Below are positions 41,257 through 50,246 of a DNA stretch of 64,000 bases, piece after piece (position 1 is the first letter of the stretch; every line of letters starts with the position of its first letter). Both the position numbers and the translations under genes were made by a program. The notes under the pieces were generated by a model. That model saw nothing but the letters and a program-made list of their open reading frames with translations. It had not been told where the DNA came from and did no database searches. The DNA is from an uncultured delta proteobacterium (lineage in GTDB: Bacteria > Myxococcota_A > Polyangia > Polyangiales > Polyangiaceae). The stretch is from assembly GCA_963806225.1 (NCBI GenBank), contig CAWDXG010000004.1:2208001-2272000 (forward strand). Direction: 5' to 3'.

Positions 41257-42564
41257 GATGCTCGCCGTCCAGCGCGAGCTGGCCCGCGCGGTAGCTCCAG
41301 GGACCGGCGCCGAGCTCGCGTAGGAAGGTCCGGCACTCGTCCATCTGCTCGGCCGGAAATGACGGGTGGCCGAGCACGCGCGCCCCGTGGACGAAATCGG
41401 CCGCGATGCGGAGCTTTTGGCGTTCCGCCAAGAAGCTCGACCACGGATCGAGACGCAACGTGTGCACAGTGATGTTTACCGGCAGCGAAAGCAGGAAGCG
41501 CACGGTGCTCTTGAAGCCCTCGGGGGAGTCTCCAGGCAGGCCCAGCACGATCTCGATCTCGGGCGTGATGAAAGCCTTGATCCGCTCCACCGTCTCGGCA
41601 AGCGCCTCGGGGTCGTCTCCGCGACGGATCAACCGCTGTGCGTCGCGGTTGGTCGTCTGCAGGCCGATCGTCATCAGGCGCCAGTCGAGCGACCCGAGCA
41701 GCTCGAGCACCTCGCCGCGTATGTATCTGGCGTGCACCGGGCCGGCAACCGCCATGTTGCGGATGCCCTGCGAGCGGAAGGCTCCGACCAGCGAGCGCAG
41801 GAGCTCGAACGTCGAAGCTGTTGCTGGAAGAGAGAAGACCGAGCACGCTCACACCCTGCTCCGCGGCGCGCCGCACGCCCGCGCTGATGCGCTCCGGGCC
41901 GAAGCGCCGGAGCTCCGGGTGCTCGAAGGCGCTCCCATAGCAGAAAGAGCAGCGGAAGCGGCAACCGCGCGCAAGCTCCAGCCACCCGGCCTTGCTCTCC
42001 TGCCACGCCTTCGGGATGTGCTCGAGCGAGAACGTCCGGCAACGCGTCCAGATCGTGAACGTATTCGTAGCGGGAAGCGCCGCGCCAGCCCTGCTCGCGC
42101 GTGTCGCGCAGCGCGAGTCCCGGCAGTCCCTCCAGATCGAGGAACGCGGCGCCCGATGCCACGCGCTCGAGCACAGCCGGCAACACCGCCTCCACCTCGC
42201 CGCATGCGAGACCGAAGACAGGGCTCTCGAGCGGCTGGGTCGCCGCGATCACAGCGTCGACGTACGGGGGATGCGCGGTCCATCCACACTGCAGGAGCGG
42301 CACCTCCGGGCAGAGTTCTCCGAGGGCGTTGGCGAGCGCAAGCGCGTCGGGAACCTGGAAGCGGTGCGCGTGGAGCAGCACGAAGTCCGGCCGCGCGTCG
42401 GCGATGCGTCGCGCATTGGCGGCGGCGTCGGTGCCGGGAAGCTGGATCCACTCCGGCACCCAGGCGTCGCCGATCATCTGCGGCAGGCGATGCATGCCGA
42501 GCTCGTACTGCGCGGCCTCGCCGCTGAACTGGGTCGGAAAGAACGTCAGCCCGAGCGTCTTCAT
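41225..42564 (-). CDS. Paralogue of 39895-41256; apparent frameshifts near 42033 and 41808
   Basis: FFP..F.GEAAQYELG.HRL, ACGEVE; ELARGCRFRCSFC after the first shift; IGLQT, VLGLPGDS and RLDPWSS after the second. Confidence 0.82.
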
Positions 42565-44088
42565 CGGCGCGACCCCGGCACATGGCGCCTGACCGGTACC
42601 TCGGTCTGCCCGAGATAGAGGTAGTCCTTGCCTTCCTGCTTGAGGATGTCACCGAGGTCGCGCATCCGCGCCTGCACGACCTCCTGCGGAATGCCGTAGG
42701 AAAAGCCGGTCGGAAACTGCCCGGAAGCGACCACCGGCCGGCGCAGGTGGTGCGGCAGGGTCTCCGGGTCGAAGTACTGGAGCGAGATCCCGTACCTGTC
42801 GGGCTCGGTCTGGGTCGAGGAACCGATGGAGAGGTAGAGCGGGTTCGGCGAGAAATGTACGCCCTTGGTCCGGGCAAAGATGGCGCGGATGCGAGCGAGA
42901 TTCTCGCGGTGGTCTTCCTCGGTTTCGCCCGGAAAGCACGTGAGCATGTCGTATCGCATCGAGATGCCGAGCTTCGAACCGTGCACGATCGCCTGCTCGA
43001 TGCCGTCCACGTCCGGCTTCCGGCGCATCAGCCCGAGCACCCGGGGCGAGAAGCTCTGCACCCCGAGCTTCAGGAGCACGCAGCCTGCAGCGCGCATCGC
43101 GTCCAGCCTCCCAGGCGTGAGCTTTTCCGGACAGCAGAAGCTCTCCCACGTGAAGCGGTCGCGCCGCTCGACCAGGAGCGCGCAGAAGCAATCGAATCCA
43201 GGTCGCCGAACCGTTGATCAGGTCGTCGTGGAAGTGGAAGTTCGTGTTGGCGTAGCGGGCGGCCGCCCACTCCATCTCGCCGACAACGTCCTCCGGCGAG
43301 CGGAAGCGGTAGCGGGCCTTGTCTGTCTCCGAACAGAATGCGCAGCGGCGCGGGCACCCGCGACTGGCCAGGATCGGCACGAAGTAGGTTAGCGTCATGC
43401 CGGCGAGCGACGGGTACGGCAGCGCATCGAGTGGCAGCGAAGCAGCCGGCGGCTGGTACCCGGGCTCTCCATCTGCACCTAGGCGCGTCACGCCCGGCAG
43501 GGGCGACGCCTGCCCATCGGCAAGCTGCTGCACCAGCCCTTCCACCACCCCCTCCCCGTCTCCCTCGACCACCGCGTCGAATGCGCCGGACCGGAGCATC
43601 AGCTGGCGCAGCGGCGCGAAGCCCAGGTTCGGGCCGCCCGCCGCCGTCGGCCTGCCCAGCGCACGCAAGCGGTAGGCGAGCGCTGCGGCAAAATACTGCG
43701 TCAGCACATTGATGGAGAACAGGAACACCTCGCCGGCGTCCTGCACGCGCGGCAGGTACATCTCGACCTTGCGCAGAATGGCCTCCGCGACGGGAGACAC
43801 CCGATCGAACGCTTCGGGATGGAGCACCTCCATCAGGAGCCGTGGGTCCACGCCGTCACCCACACCGCCGCCGATGTTCTTCGACAGCTCCAGCACGTAG
43901 TCGTCGTAGAAGTCGGTGCCCGCGTGGTGTTCCTCGAAACAGAGGTCGAAGAACGTCGTCTCGACGCCGGCTCGCTCCAGCACCGCCTGCAGGTACGCCA
44001 GGCCGATGTTCAGGAAATCCACTTCGCCGTGAGGCGGACTGTGGATCAGAACAACCCGCGCACGACGGTGGGGAGCTCTAGAGCGCAT
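42561..44088 (-). CDS. B12-binding-domain radical SAM protein; apparent frameshift near 43193
   Basis: IGLAYL, GGPN, GDGEG, SRGCPRRCAFC, FHDDLIN; then AGC..LKLGVQS, FPGETEED. Confidence 0.87.
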
Positions 44089-44117
44089 GACGACTTGCAC
44101 AAGAGCGTACCCAGGAT

Positions 44118-44149
44118 CGCGTGCGTCGACGCGCGCGTCGATGCACGCG
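44118..44149. repeat. 32-bp near-perfect palindrome
   Basis: CGCGTGCGTCGACGCGCGCGTCGATGCACGCG is self-complementary except for one G.T pair. Confidence 0.75.
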
Positions 44150-44150
44150 G

Positions 44151-44164
44151 TTGATCGATGTCAT
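44151..44164. promoter_or_regulatory. Candidate FNR/CRP-family box in a divergent intergenic region
   Basis: TTGAT-CGAT-GTCAT. Confidence 0.5.
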
Positions 44165-44203
44165 GCGCGGCGCACGCGGGAGCTCCTCTATACCCGGCTT
44201 CAC

Positions 44204-44262
44204 TTGACCGCTGTCGTGCGCGACCCGGATACTCGGAGAGTCCGGTAGTTCACAAAAGGAGG
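44204..44262 (+). promoter_or_regulatory. Putative sigma70-type promoter and RBS for hxsD
   Basis: TTGACC-N18-GATACT (44204-44233); AAAAGGAGG five bases before GTG 44268. Confidence 0.45.
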
Positions 44263-44267
44263 CCGGG

Positions 44268-44765
44268 GTGCAGGTCGAGACCCAGGTAGCAGTTGACGAG
44301 AATCAAGCCGCGGTCAGCGTGACGTTCGACCGGAGCCTGTGCCCGCTCGACGCGATCTACGGCGCCGCCTACGGATTCATCGATCGCTTCTACGTCTTCC
44401 TGGATGCCCCCTCCGAAGGACAGGTGCGGGTCCGCCTCAAGGGGCGCTCGCCGGCCACGGCAGACGCGCTGCAAGCCTCCGCCGGCGAATTCGCCAACGA
44501 GCTGCTCACGCATTGCTGGCGCGCGAAGCTCATGGAGCAGAACCGACCCCTGGTGGAGGCCGTGGTGTCGCAGGCCATGGCCGGCGCAAGCGGCGGGGCT
44601 GTGCTCGACGACCTCGGGGACCTGGACGATCTGGAGTCGTTCAACGACAACGTCTTCGATGACCCGCTGGGCATCAGCGAGAGCTGGGAAGGCAAGTCGA
44701 CCGAAAAGGCAGAGCCCGGGCCGGAGCCGGCCGGCGGCTCGGGTGACAAGCCACCGACGCCATGA
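44268..44765 (+). CDS. hxsD: His-Xaa-Ser system protein HxsD homologue with an acidic C-terminal tail
   Basis: FDRSLCPLDAIYGAAYGFIDRFYVFLD and GEFANELL resemble HxsD; it overlaps an HxsB-like gene. Confidence 0.75.
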   Translation: MQVETQVAVDENQAAVSVTFDRSLCPLDAIYGAAYGFIDRFYVFLDAPSEGQVRVRLKGRSPATADALQASAGEFANELLTHCWRAKLMEQNRPLVEAVVSQAMAGASGGAVLDDLGDLDDLESFNDNVFDDPLGISESWEGKSTEKAEPGPEPAGGSGDKPPTP

Positions 44766-46201
44766 GCGTGCACGACATCCAGCCTCCCGCGACTGCCTTC
44801 GCGGCGCCGTTTGCGTTCCGCGATATCGGCGACGGATGCGTCGTGACGAATCCGGCTGGGCAATACGCCTTCCTCGATCTGGAAGAGCTGGCGGCGTTCG
44901 TCGAAGGCAGGCTGGACGAGCATTCCGACGCCTACGCCAGGCTCGACGGCCGTAACTTCATCCGCAAAAGCCTCCGCACGGAGGATCTGGCCGATCGGAT
45001 CGCCAAGCGCCGGTGGTACCTGCGCCAGGGCCCGTGGCAGCACGATCTGCTCGTGACGCCCCGTCATCCGGGCACACGCGCGCTTGCAGCGGGCTACGAT
45101 CGCGGGCTCGACGCGACGGATACGGACATGTCCGCCGGCACGGCGGAACGTTGCGTGGATCTCGCGCTTCTGTCCACCGCTCCCGCCGTCACGCTGGTGT
45201 TCCGGGGCGGCGAACCGCTGGTGGCGTTCGACGTGATGCGGCACGCCGTCGAGTACGCGAACGACCGGAACGAAGCCCTCCGGAAAGACCTCGGTATCTC
45301 GCTCGTGTCGGATCTCTCGGCGATGGACGACGAGAAGCTGGAGTGGATCGTCCGCAACAAGGTGCACGTTGTCGCCGCGGTCGACGGGCCCGCGGCGGTG
45401 CACGACGAGCTGCACTCGCTCGGTTCCGGCAGCGCCTACGCGGAGACAGCCAACTGGATCGGCCGCCTCCGCGAAGCAGGGATCGAACACGTGGACGCCA
45501 CGTTTGCCCTCACGCGGCACGCCCTGGGGCATGCCGACGAGATCGTCGACACCTACCGCGAGCTAGGTATCCGCTCCATGATGGTGGAACTGATCCCTCC
45601 GGAGCTGGCGTCTGGACACGGCGCGCCCCGGAAAGAGGCGCTCGGTCTGTATCTGGAGCTGGTCGACCGGATGCTCGCCGGGGCCAGGCAGGGACAGGAG
45701 CTCGCCGAGCGCCTCGCTTCGGTATTGCTGTCCAGGATCCTGCGGGGCCACGACCCGAACTACCTCGGCCTCCGCTCACCTGCCGGCGGCGGTACGGGCG
45801 GCCTCGTCTACGGACACGACGGCACGGTCTACCCCAGCGAGCACGGGCGCCGCGCCCACCTGGACGGCGACGACCTGTTCGTGCTGGGAGACGTCGAACA
45901 CTCGGGCTACGAAGACATCCTCCGGCACGAAACCGTGAGCGCCATGCTGGTCGCCTCGATGCTGGAAGCCAATCCCGGCTGCGCGCTCTGCGCCTACCAG
46001 CCGTACTGCGGAGTGCTCCCCGACGAGAACCACCGCGTGCAGGGCAGCCTCCACGGGCGGGTACGCGACAGCTACCGCGCGCGCATCCTCGGCGACATCC
46101 AGGACCATCTGTTCCGACTGATCCGCGACGCCGATCCGGCGGTGATGGCCGTGCTGGAGCGCTGGTCGGCTCCGGACGAGCATCGTCACTTCGTGGTGTG
46201 A
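44762..46201 (+). CDS. hxsB: HxsB-like radical SAM/SPASM protein lacking the CxxxCxxC motif
   Basis: PFAFR..VTN.AG, DMS..TA, FRGGEPL, LRSP.G.G, CALCAYQPYCG. The motif position reads VTPRHPGTRALA. Confidence 0.78.
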   Translation: MSVHDIQPPATAFAAPFAFRDIGDGCVVTNPAGQYAFLDLEELAAFVEGRLDEHSDAYARLDGRNFIRKSLRTEDLADRIAKRRWYLRQGPWQHDLLVTPRHPGTRALAAGYDRGLDATDTDMSAGTAERCVDLALLSTAPAVTLVFRGGEPLVAFDVMRHAVEYANDRNEALRKDLGISLVSDLSAMDDEKLEWIVRNKVHVVAAVDGPAAVHDELHSLGSGSAYAETANWIGRLREAGIEHVDATFALTRHALGHADEIVDTYRELGIRSMMVELIPPELASGHGAPRKEALGLYLELVDRMLAGARQGQELAERLASVLLSRILRGHDPNYLGLRSPAGGGTGGLVYGHDGTVYPSEHGRRAHLDGDDLFVLGDVEHSGYEDILRHETVSAMLVASMLEANPGCALCAYQPYCGVLPDENHRVQGSLHGRVRDSYRARILGDIQDHLFRLIRDADPAVMAVLERWSAPDEHRHFVV

Positions 46202-46205
46202 CGCT

Positions 46206-48461
46206 GTGCACGTCGTCCTGGTCAACCCTCCGATCCGGCTACCCGAGGCGTTCGCGCACTATCCGATGTTCAGCCGCCTAGGGCTGCTCACGAACGCCGC
46301 GTGGCTGCGCGTCTCGGGGCACGACGTGCACGTCGTCGACGCATTCTCGCTCTCGCCGCGGCTGAATCTGCGCGATGACGGCGGCGGGATGCGGCACGTG
46401 GGCGCCGAGATCGACGACCTGGCCCGCGCGGTAGAGAGCGCGTGCGACGGACTCGGCGAGCCGGTAGCCGTCGTCATCGCGATCACCATGTTCTCGGACA
46501 TGAACCGCCACGAGAGCCTGGTTCCCGCGACCGCGCAGGCGATTGAAGGGCGCCTCCCCTCGGCTTCCATCGGCCTCGCCGACCTGTACACCTCGGGGAT
46601 GAACTACTTCGCCTACGACCCCAGAGCGGTACTGCGCGAGACACCGTCGGCCGGGTGGCTCCTGATCGGTGAAGGCGAGCCCACGCTGCCGGCACTGCTG
46701 GACTGCATTGCGGCGGGCGCGCCGCCCGACCTTCCGCGCGTCGCCCGCCTCGATGGGTCGGGGGAGCTGGTTTTCGACGATAGCGCGCCGCCGTCGATCG
46801 ACAAGCTCGACCGTCTGCCTCCGCCCGCATTCGACCTGCTCGACATGGACAACTACTTCAGCGCCCAGGCCGACGCGATCCGCGCCGAACTGGTGCACGA
46901 GTACCACGTCGTCGAGCGGCAGCTGCCGCTCATGACGAGCCGCGGGTGCCCCTATCGATGCAACTTCTGCACGAACCAGGTGCTGGGGCTACCGTGGCGC
47001 GGTCACTCGGTCGATCACCTGCGCCGCGTCGTGCGCGACCTCCGCGATCGCTACAGCGTCGATCGGTTCCTCTTCCTCGACGACAACATCAACATCAACG
47101 AGAAGCGATTCCGCGAGCTCGTGCACATGCTGGCCGAGGAACGCATCCCGTGGGACGCCGTCAACGGCTACCGCGCGGACCGGCTCGATGCCGAGATGGT
47201 GCGCGCCATCAAGCAGGCGGGGAACACCAAGATCACCGTGTCCGCCGAATCGGGCGACCCCGAGCTGCTCGACCAGCTCATCGGCAAGCGGCTCAAGCTG
47301 TCGAGCGTGGTCAAGGTAGCGCGGCTGTGCGAGTCCGAGCGGATGCCGCTGCAGGTGCACTACATCGTCGGCATCCCGGGCGAGACGAAAGCCCAGATGA
47401 ACAAGACGCTCGAATTCGCGACGATGCTGTTCGAGATGCACGGCGCGTGGCCTCTGCTCCAGCATGCGATTCCCTTCCCGGGCACACGCTTGTTCTGCGA
47501 CTGCGAGGAGAAGGGCTACTTCGTGCGGGAGCCTTTCGAGGTTCCCGGTGCTGTGCTCGAGGTGGAGAGTATCATCCGGACCCCGGAGTTCGTGCCCGGA
47601 GAAGTCGTGCGGATGAAGAAGAACGCGCAGCATCTGCTCGATACGATGCAGGCGCTCGTGTACGTCGACCTCGACGTCGCGCCGGACCTCGCGCAGGTCC
47701 GTTCAGAGCTCGAGCGGGGAGCCTTCCTCGGTGGCCGCGAGCTGTTCCTCGGCGGCGGCGACCCGACGCTCCGGGACGACCTGCCGGAGATTGCCGATGC
47801 CGCACGCGCGCTCGGCTTCCGGAAGATCACGGCCATCACGGCAGCGCACGGGTTTGCCGACGCCGACGCCGCGCGCGGGCTCGCTGACGCCCTCGATCAC
47901 CTGGTCATTCCGCTGCACGGCGCCGACCCCCGCACCCACGACGCGATCACACTGTGTCCCGGGTCGTTCGAGCGCACGCTCGCGGGTCTGCGTCACGCAC
48001 GGCAGAACGGGCTCCGGAGCCTGGAGATAACCTGCACGGTGGCGCGACCGAATCTGGGTGCACTCGGCGCGACGGTACGCGCGGCACGCCGTCTCGGTGG
48101 GCGTGGCATCCACCTGATCGTACCTGCTCCGGACGAGCCGGTGGCGGAGGCGGGGCTCGTCGCCGGGTGGACCGAGGTCCAGCCGCGGCTTTTCGCTGCG
48201 CTGCGGCAGGCGCCACGCGGCTTCGTCACGATCCAGGGCGTGCCGCTGTGTCTGATGCGCGAACCGCGCGGAGCGCTGCGGCCCTCGCCGCCGTGGGTGC
48301 TGGCGCGGACGCGCCGGCTCAAGGCCAGGCGGCCCCAGTGCCAGTCGTGCGTCGGCCTCGTGCTGTGCGGCGGCCTGTACAGCTCGGAACACGACCAGGC
48401 CTACGGCTTCACCCGCGCAGCAGGCGTCGCCGATCGCGCCGATGGCGCCGTCGCTCCCTGA
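46206..48461 (+). CDS. B12-binding-domain radical SAM protein fused to a second, degenerate HxsC-like radical-SAM-fold domain
   Basis: IGEGEP, TSRGCPYRCNFC, FLDDNIN, VGIPGET; second domain GGGDPTLR, HDAIT..PGSF, VPLC, CQSC...C without CxxxCxxC. Confidence 0.88.
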   Translation: MHVVLVNPPIRLPEAFAHYPMFSRLGLLTNAAWLRVSGHDVHVVDAFSLSPRLNLRDDGGGMRHVGAEIDDLARAVESACDGLGEPVAVVIAITMFSDMNRHESLVPATAQAIEGRLPSASIGLADLYTSGMNYFAYDPRAVLRETPSAGWLLIGEGEPTLPALLDCIAAGAPPDLPRVARLDGSGELVFDDSAPPSIDKLDRLPPPAFDLLDMDNYFSAQADAIRAELVHEYHVVERQLPLMTSRGCPYRCNFCTNQVLGLPWRGHSVDHLRRVVRDLRDRYSVDRFLFLDDNININEKRFRELVHMLAEERIPWDAVNGYRADRLDAEMVRAIKQAGNTKITVSAESGDPELLDQLIGKRLKLSSVVKVARLCESERMPLQVHYIVGIPGETKAQMNKTLEFATMLFEMHGAWPLLQHAIPFPGTRLFCDCEEKGYFVREPFEVPGAVLEVESIIRTPEFVPGEVVRMKKNAQHLLDTMQALVYVDLDVAPDLAQVRSELERGAFLGGRELFLGGGDPTLRDDLPEIADAARALGFRKITAITAAHGFADADAARGLADALDHLVIPLHGADPRTHDAITLCPGSFERTLAGLRHARQNGLRSLEITCTVARPNLGALGATVRAARRLGGRGIHLIVPAPDEPVAEAGLVAGWTEVQPRLFAALRQAPRGFVTIQGVPLCLMREPRGALRPSPPWVLARTRRLKARRPQCQSCVGLVLCGGLYSSEHDQAYGFTRAAGVADRADGAVAP

Positions 48462-48464
48462 CGT

Positions 48465-50234
48465 TCACTCGCGTACGCGGCGCCGTTCGGCGAGCCGCTG
48501 CTCCAGCCGGCGTTCGCCGCGGTCGAGCGCCAGAATCACCATTCGCTCGAGCCGCTCGCGCTCCCGGGCCAGCGCATCGGCCCCCGGCGGTCTCAGCTCG
48601 ACCGCATAGTGGCGCGTGCCCTGGCAGGCAACGCCGTTGCGACGCACGACGCGGATCCGCGCCGTGTCGCCGTCCTTCCACCGGAAGCGCAGCAGCACCC
48701 CCTCGCCCGTATCGCGGATGACTCCGATCCGCTCCAGCGTCCAGCCTTCGAGCGTCCCGCCGAGCCGCCAGGGCGCGAGCAACGCCTCGACTCGCCTGCG
48801 CCGGAGCCACGGGTCGATCCCGCCTTCGGCCTCCATCAGCACGATGGCCTCGGCGGCCTTGAGGTTCTGGCGCTGGTGGCGCATCCGCCGCACCAGATCC
48901 GCCTTGCAGCGCGCCAGCGCGTCCGGTGGAAAGCCCGGGCTCGAGAGCAGGTACGGGATGCCGCGTTCGGCGAAACGCAGGCCGAGCTCCTCGCGACGGC
49001 GCCACAGGCTCGATCCGCGATACACCTGGAGCAGACTGACCAGCACGGTTCCGATGATGGGGGGGCCGTCCGGGAGCGGCCGCGTCCAGTCGAGCAGCGT
49101 CCCGAGCGTGGTGTTGAAGCCCTCTTCCGTGTCGCCCGGAAGCCCGAGCACGATGCTCGCGACGGGCGGCTTCACACCGCGGCTGATCGCTTCCAACCTG
49201 GTGCGGAGCTCTGCCACGTCGACGGCCGCGCGCGCCACGGCGGCCATGGGCGCGGCCGAGAGCGTCTCGATACCGAGCAGCAGCGCGTGTGTGGGCAACT
49301 GGCCGAGCAGCGCTATCTGCTCTTCCGAGATGCAGTCGTGGCGCACGTTGTAGGTAAAGTGGATCGCCCCATCGGGATCCGCCCGGCGGATAGCCGCCAC
49401 AGCCTGCGCCAGCCACTCGGTGTCGTAGTTCAGGGCGGAGTCGATGAGGGTGATGTGGCGGTGGCCGGCCGCCAGGGCCCAGCGAATTTCGGCTTCGATG
49501 CGTGAAGGGCCCAGGTGCCGAAGCCGCTTGGATGCATTCCACGTGCAATAGCTGCAGGCGTGCAGACAGCCGCGGGACAGCTCGAGCATCACGCCGTTCT
49601 GTGCGGGGAAAAGGGTCCCGGCCAGATACGGCGACGGGATCTCGTCCAGGCAGCGCACCGCGGCGGGAGCCCCGCCACGCTTCACGCCGTCCGGCGTGCG
49701 GAAGACAATTCCGGGGACGCCGTCCAGATCGGCAAAGCCGCGGCGCAGTAGCTCGGCGAAGGGGATCTCGCCCTCGCCGCAGATCACCACGTCTGCGAAC
49801 GGCATCCCGCGAGCGAGTTCGAATGCGTCGCCTTCGGTGGCGCGTCCCCCCACGACGACCACGAGGTCGGGCCGCCGGCGCTTCAACCGCGCCGCCGTCT
49901 CGTGTACCGCGTCCGCGTTCCAGCAGTAGGCGGAAAAGCCGACGATCTCCGGATCGCGCGCCAGGATGCGTTCAACGTCGGCCTCGCGAGCGCGCACTTC
50001 CTCGCGCTCGTCTTCGAGCTCGAGCGGCTCGGCCAGGTCGATGAGCTCGATGTCGTAGCGCCGCGCCAGCTCGGGGTCGGCGTCGGCGAAGGCCTTCAGG
50101 CAGCCGTTCGCCAGGCTGTACGGCGCCGGCGCAAGCGTGTCTGCAAATCCGCCCTGACCCCCGAACGGCCCGTCCGCCCCTTCAGGAACGATGCTGCGGA
50201 ACCAGCCCACCAACAGCACACGTCGCCTGCCCAT
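48465..50234 (-). CDS. B12-binding-domain radical SAM protein with a C-terminal extra domain
   Basis: GFSAYCWN, VGG, GEGEIPF, PSPY, ELSRGCLHACSYC, VLGLPGDT. Confidence 0.9.
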   Translation of the reverse strand: MGRRRVLLVGWFRSIVPEGADGPFGGQGGFADTLAPAPYSLANGCLKAFADADPELARRYDIELIDLAEPLELEDEREEVRAREADVERILARDPEIVGFSAYCWNADAVHETAARLKRRRPDLVVVVGGRATEGDAFELARGMPFADVVICGEGEIPFAELLRRGFADLDGVPGIVFRTPDGVKRGGAPAAVRCLDEIPSPYLAGTLFPAQNGVMLELSRGCLHACSYCTWNASKRLRHLGPSRIEAEIRWALAAGHRHITLIDSALNYDTEWLAQAVAAIRRADPDGAIHFTYNVRHDCISEEQIALLGQLPTHALLLGIETLSAAPMAAVARAAVDVAELRTRLEAISRGVKPPVASIVLGLPGDTEEGFNTTLGTLLDWTRPLPDGPPIIGTVLVSLLQVYRGSSLWRRREELGLRFAERGIPYLLSSPGFPPDALARCKADLVRRMRHQRQNLKAAEAIVLMEAEGGIDPWLRRRRVEALLAPWRLGGTLEGWTLERIGVIRDTGEGVLLRFRWKDGDTARIRVVRRNGVACQGTRHYAVELRPPGADALARERERLERMVILALDRGERRLEQRLAERRRVRE

Positions 50235-50246
50235 CGAAGCGCCCCT

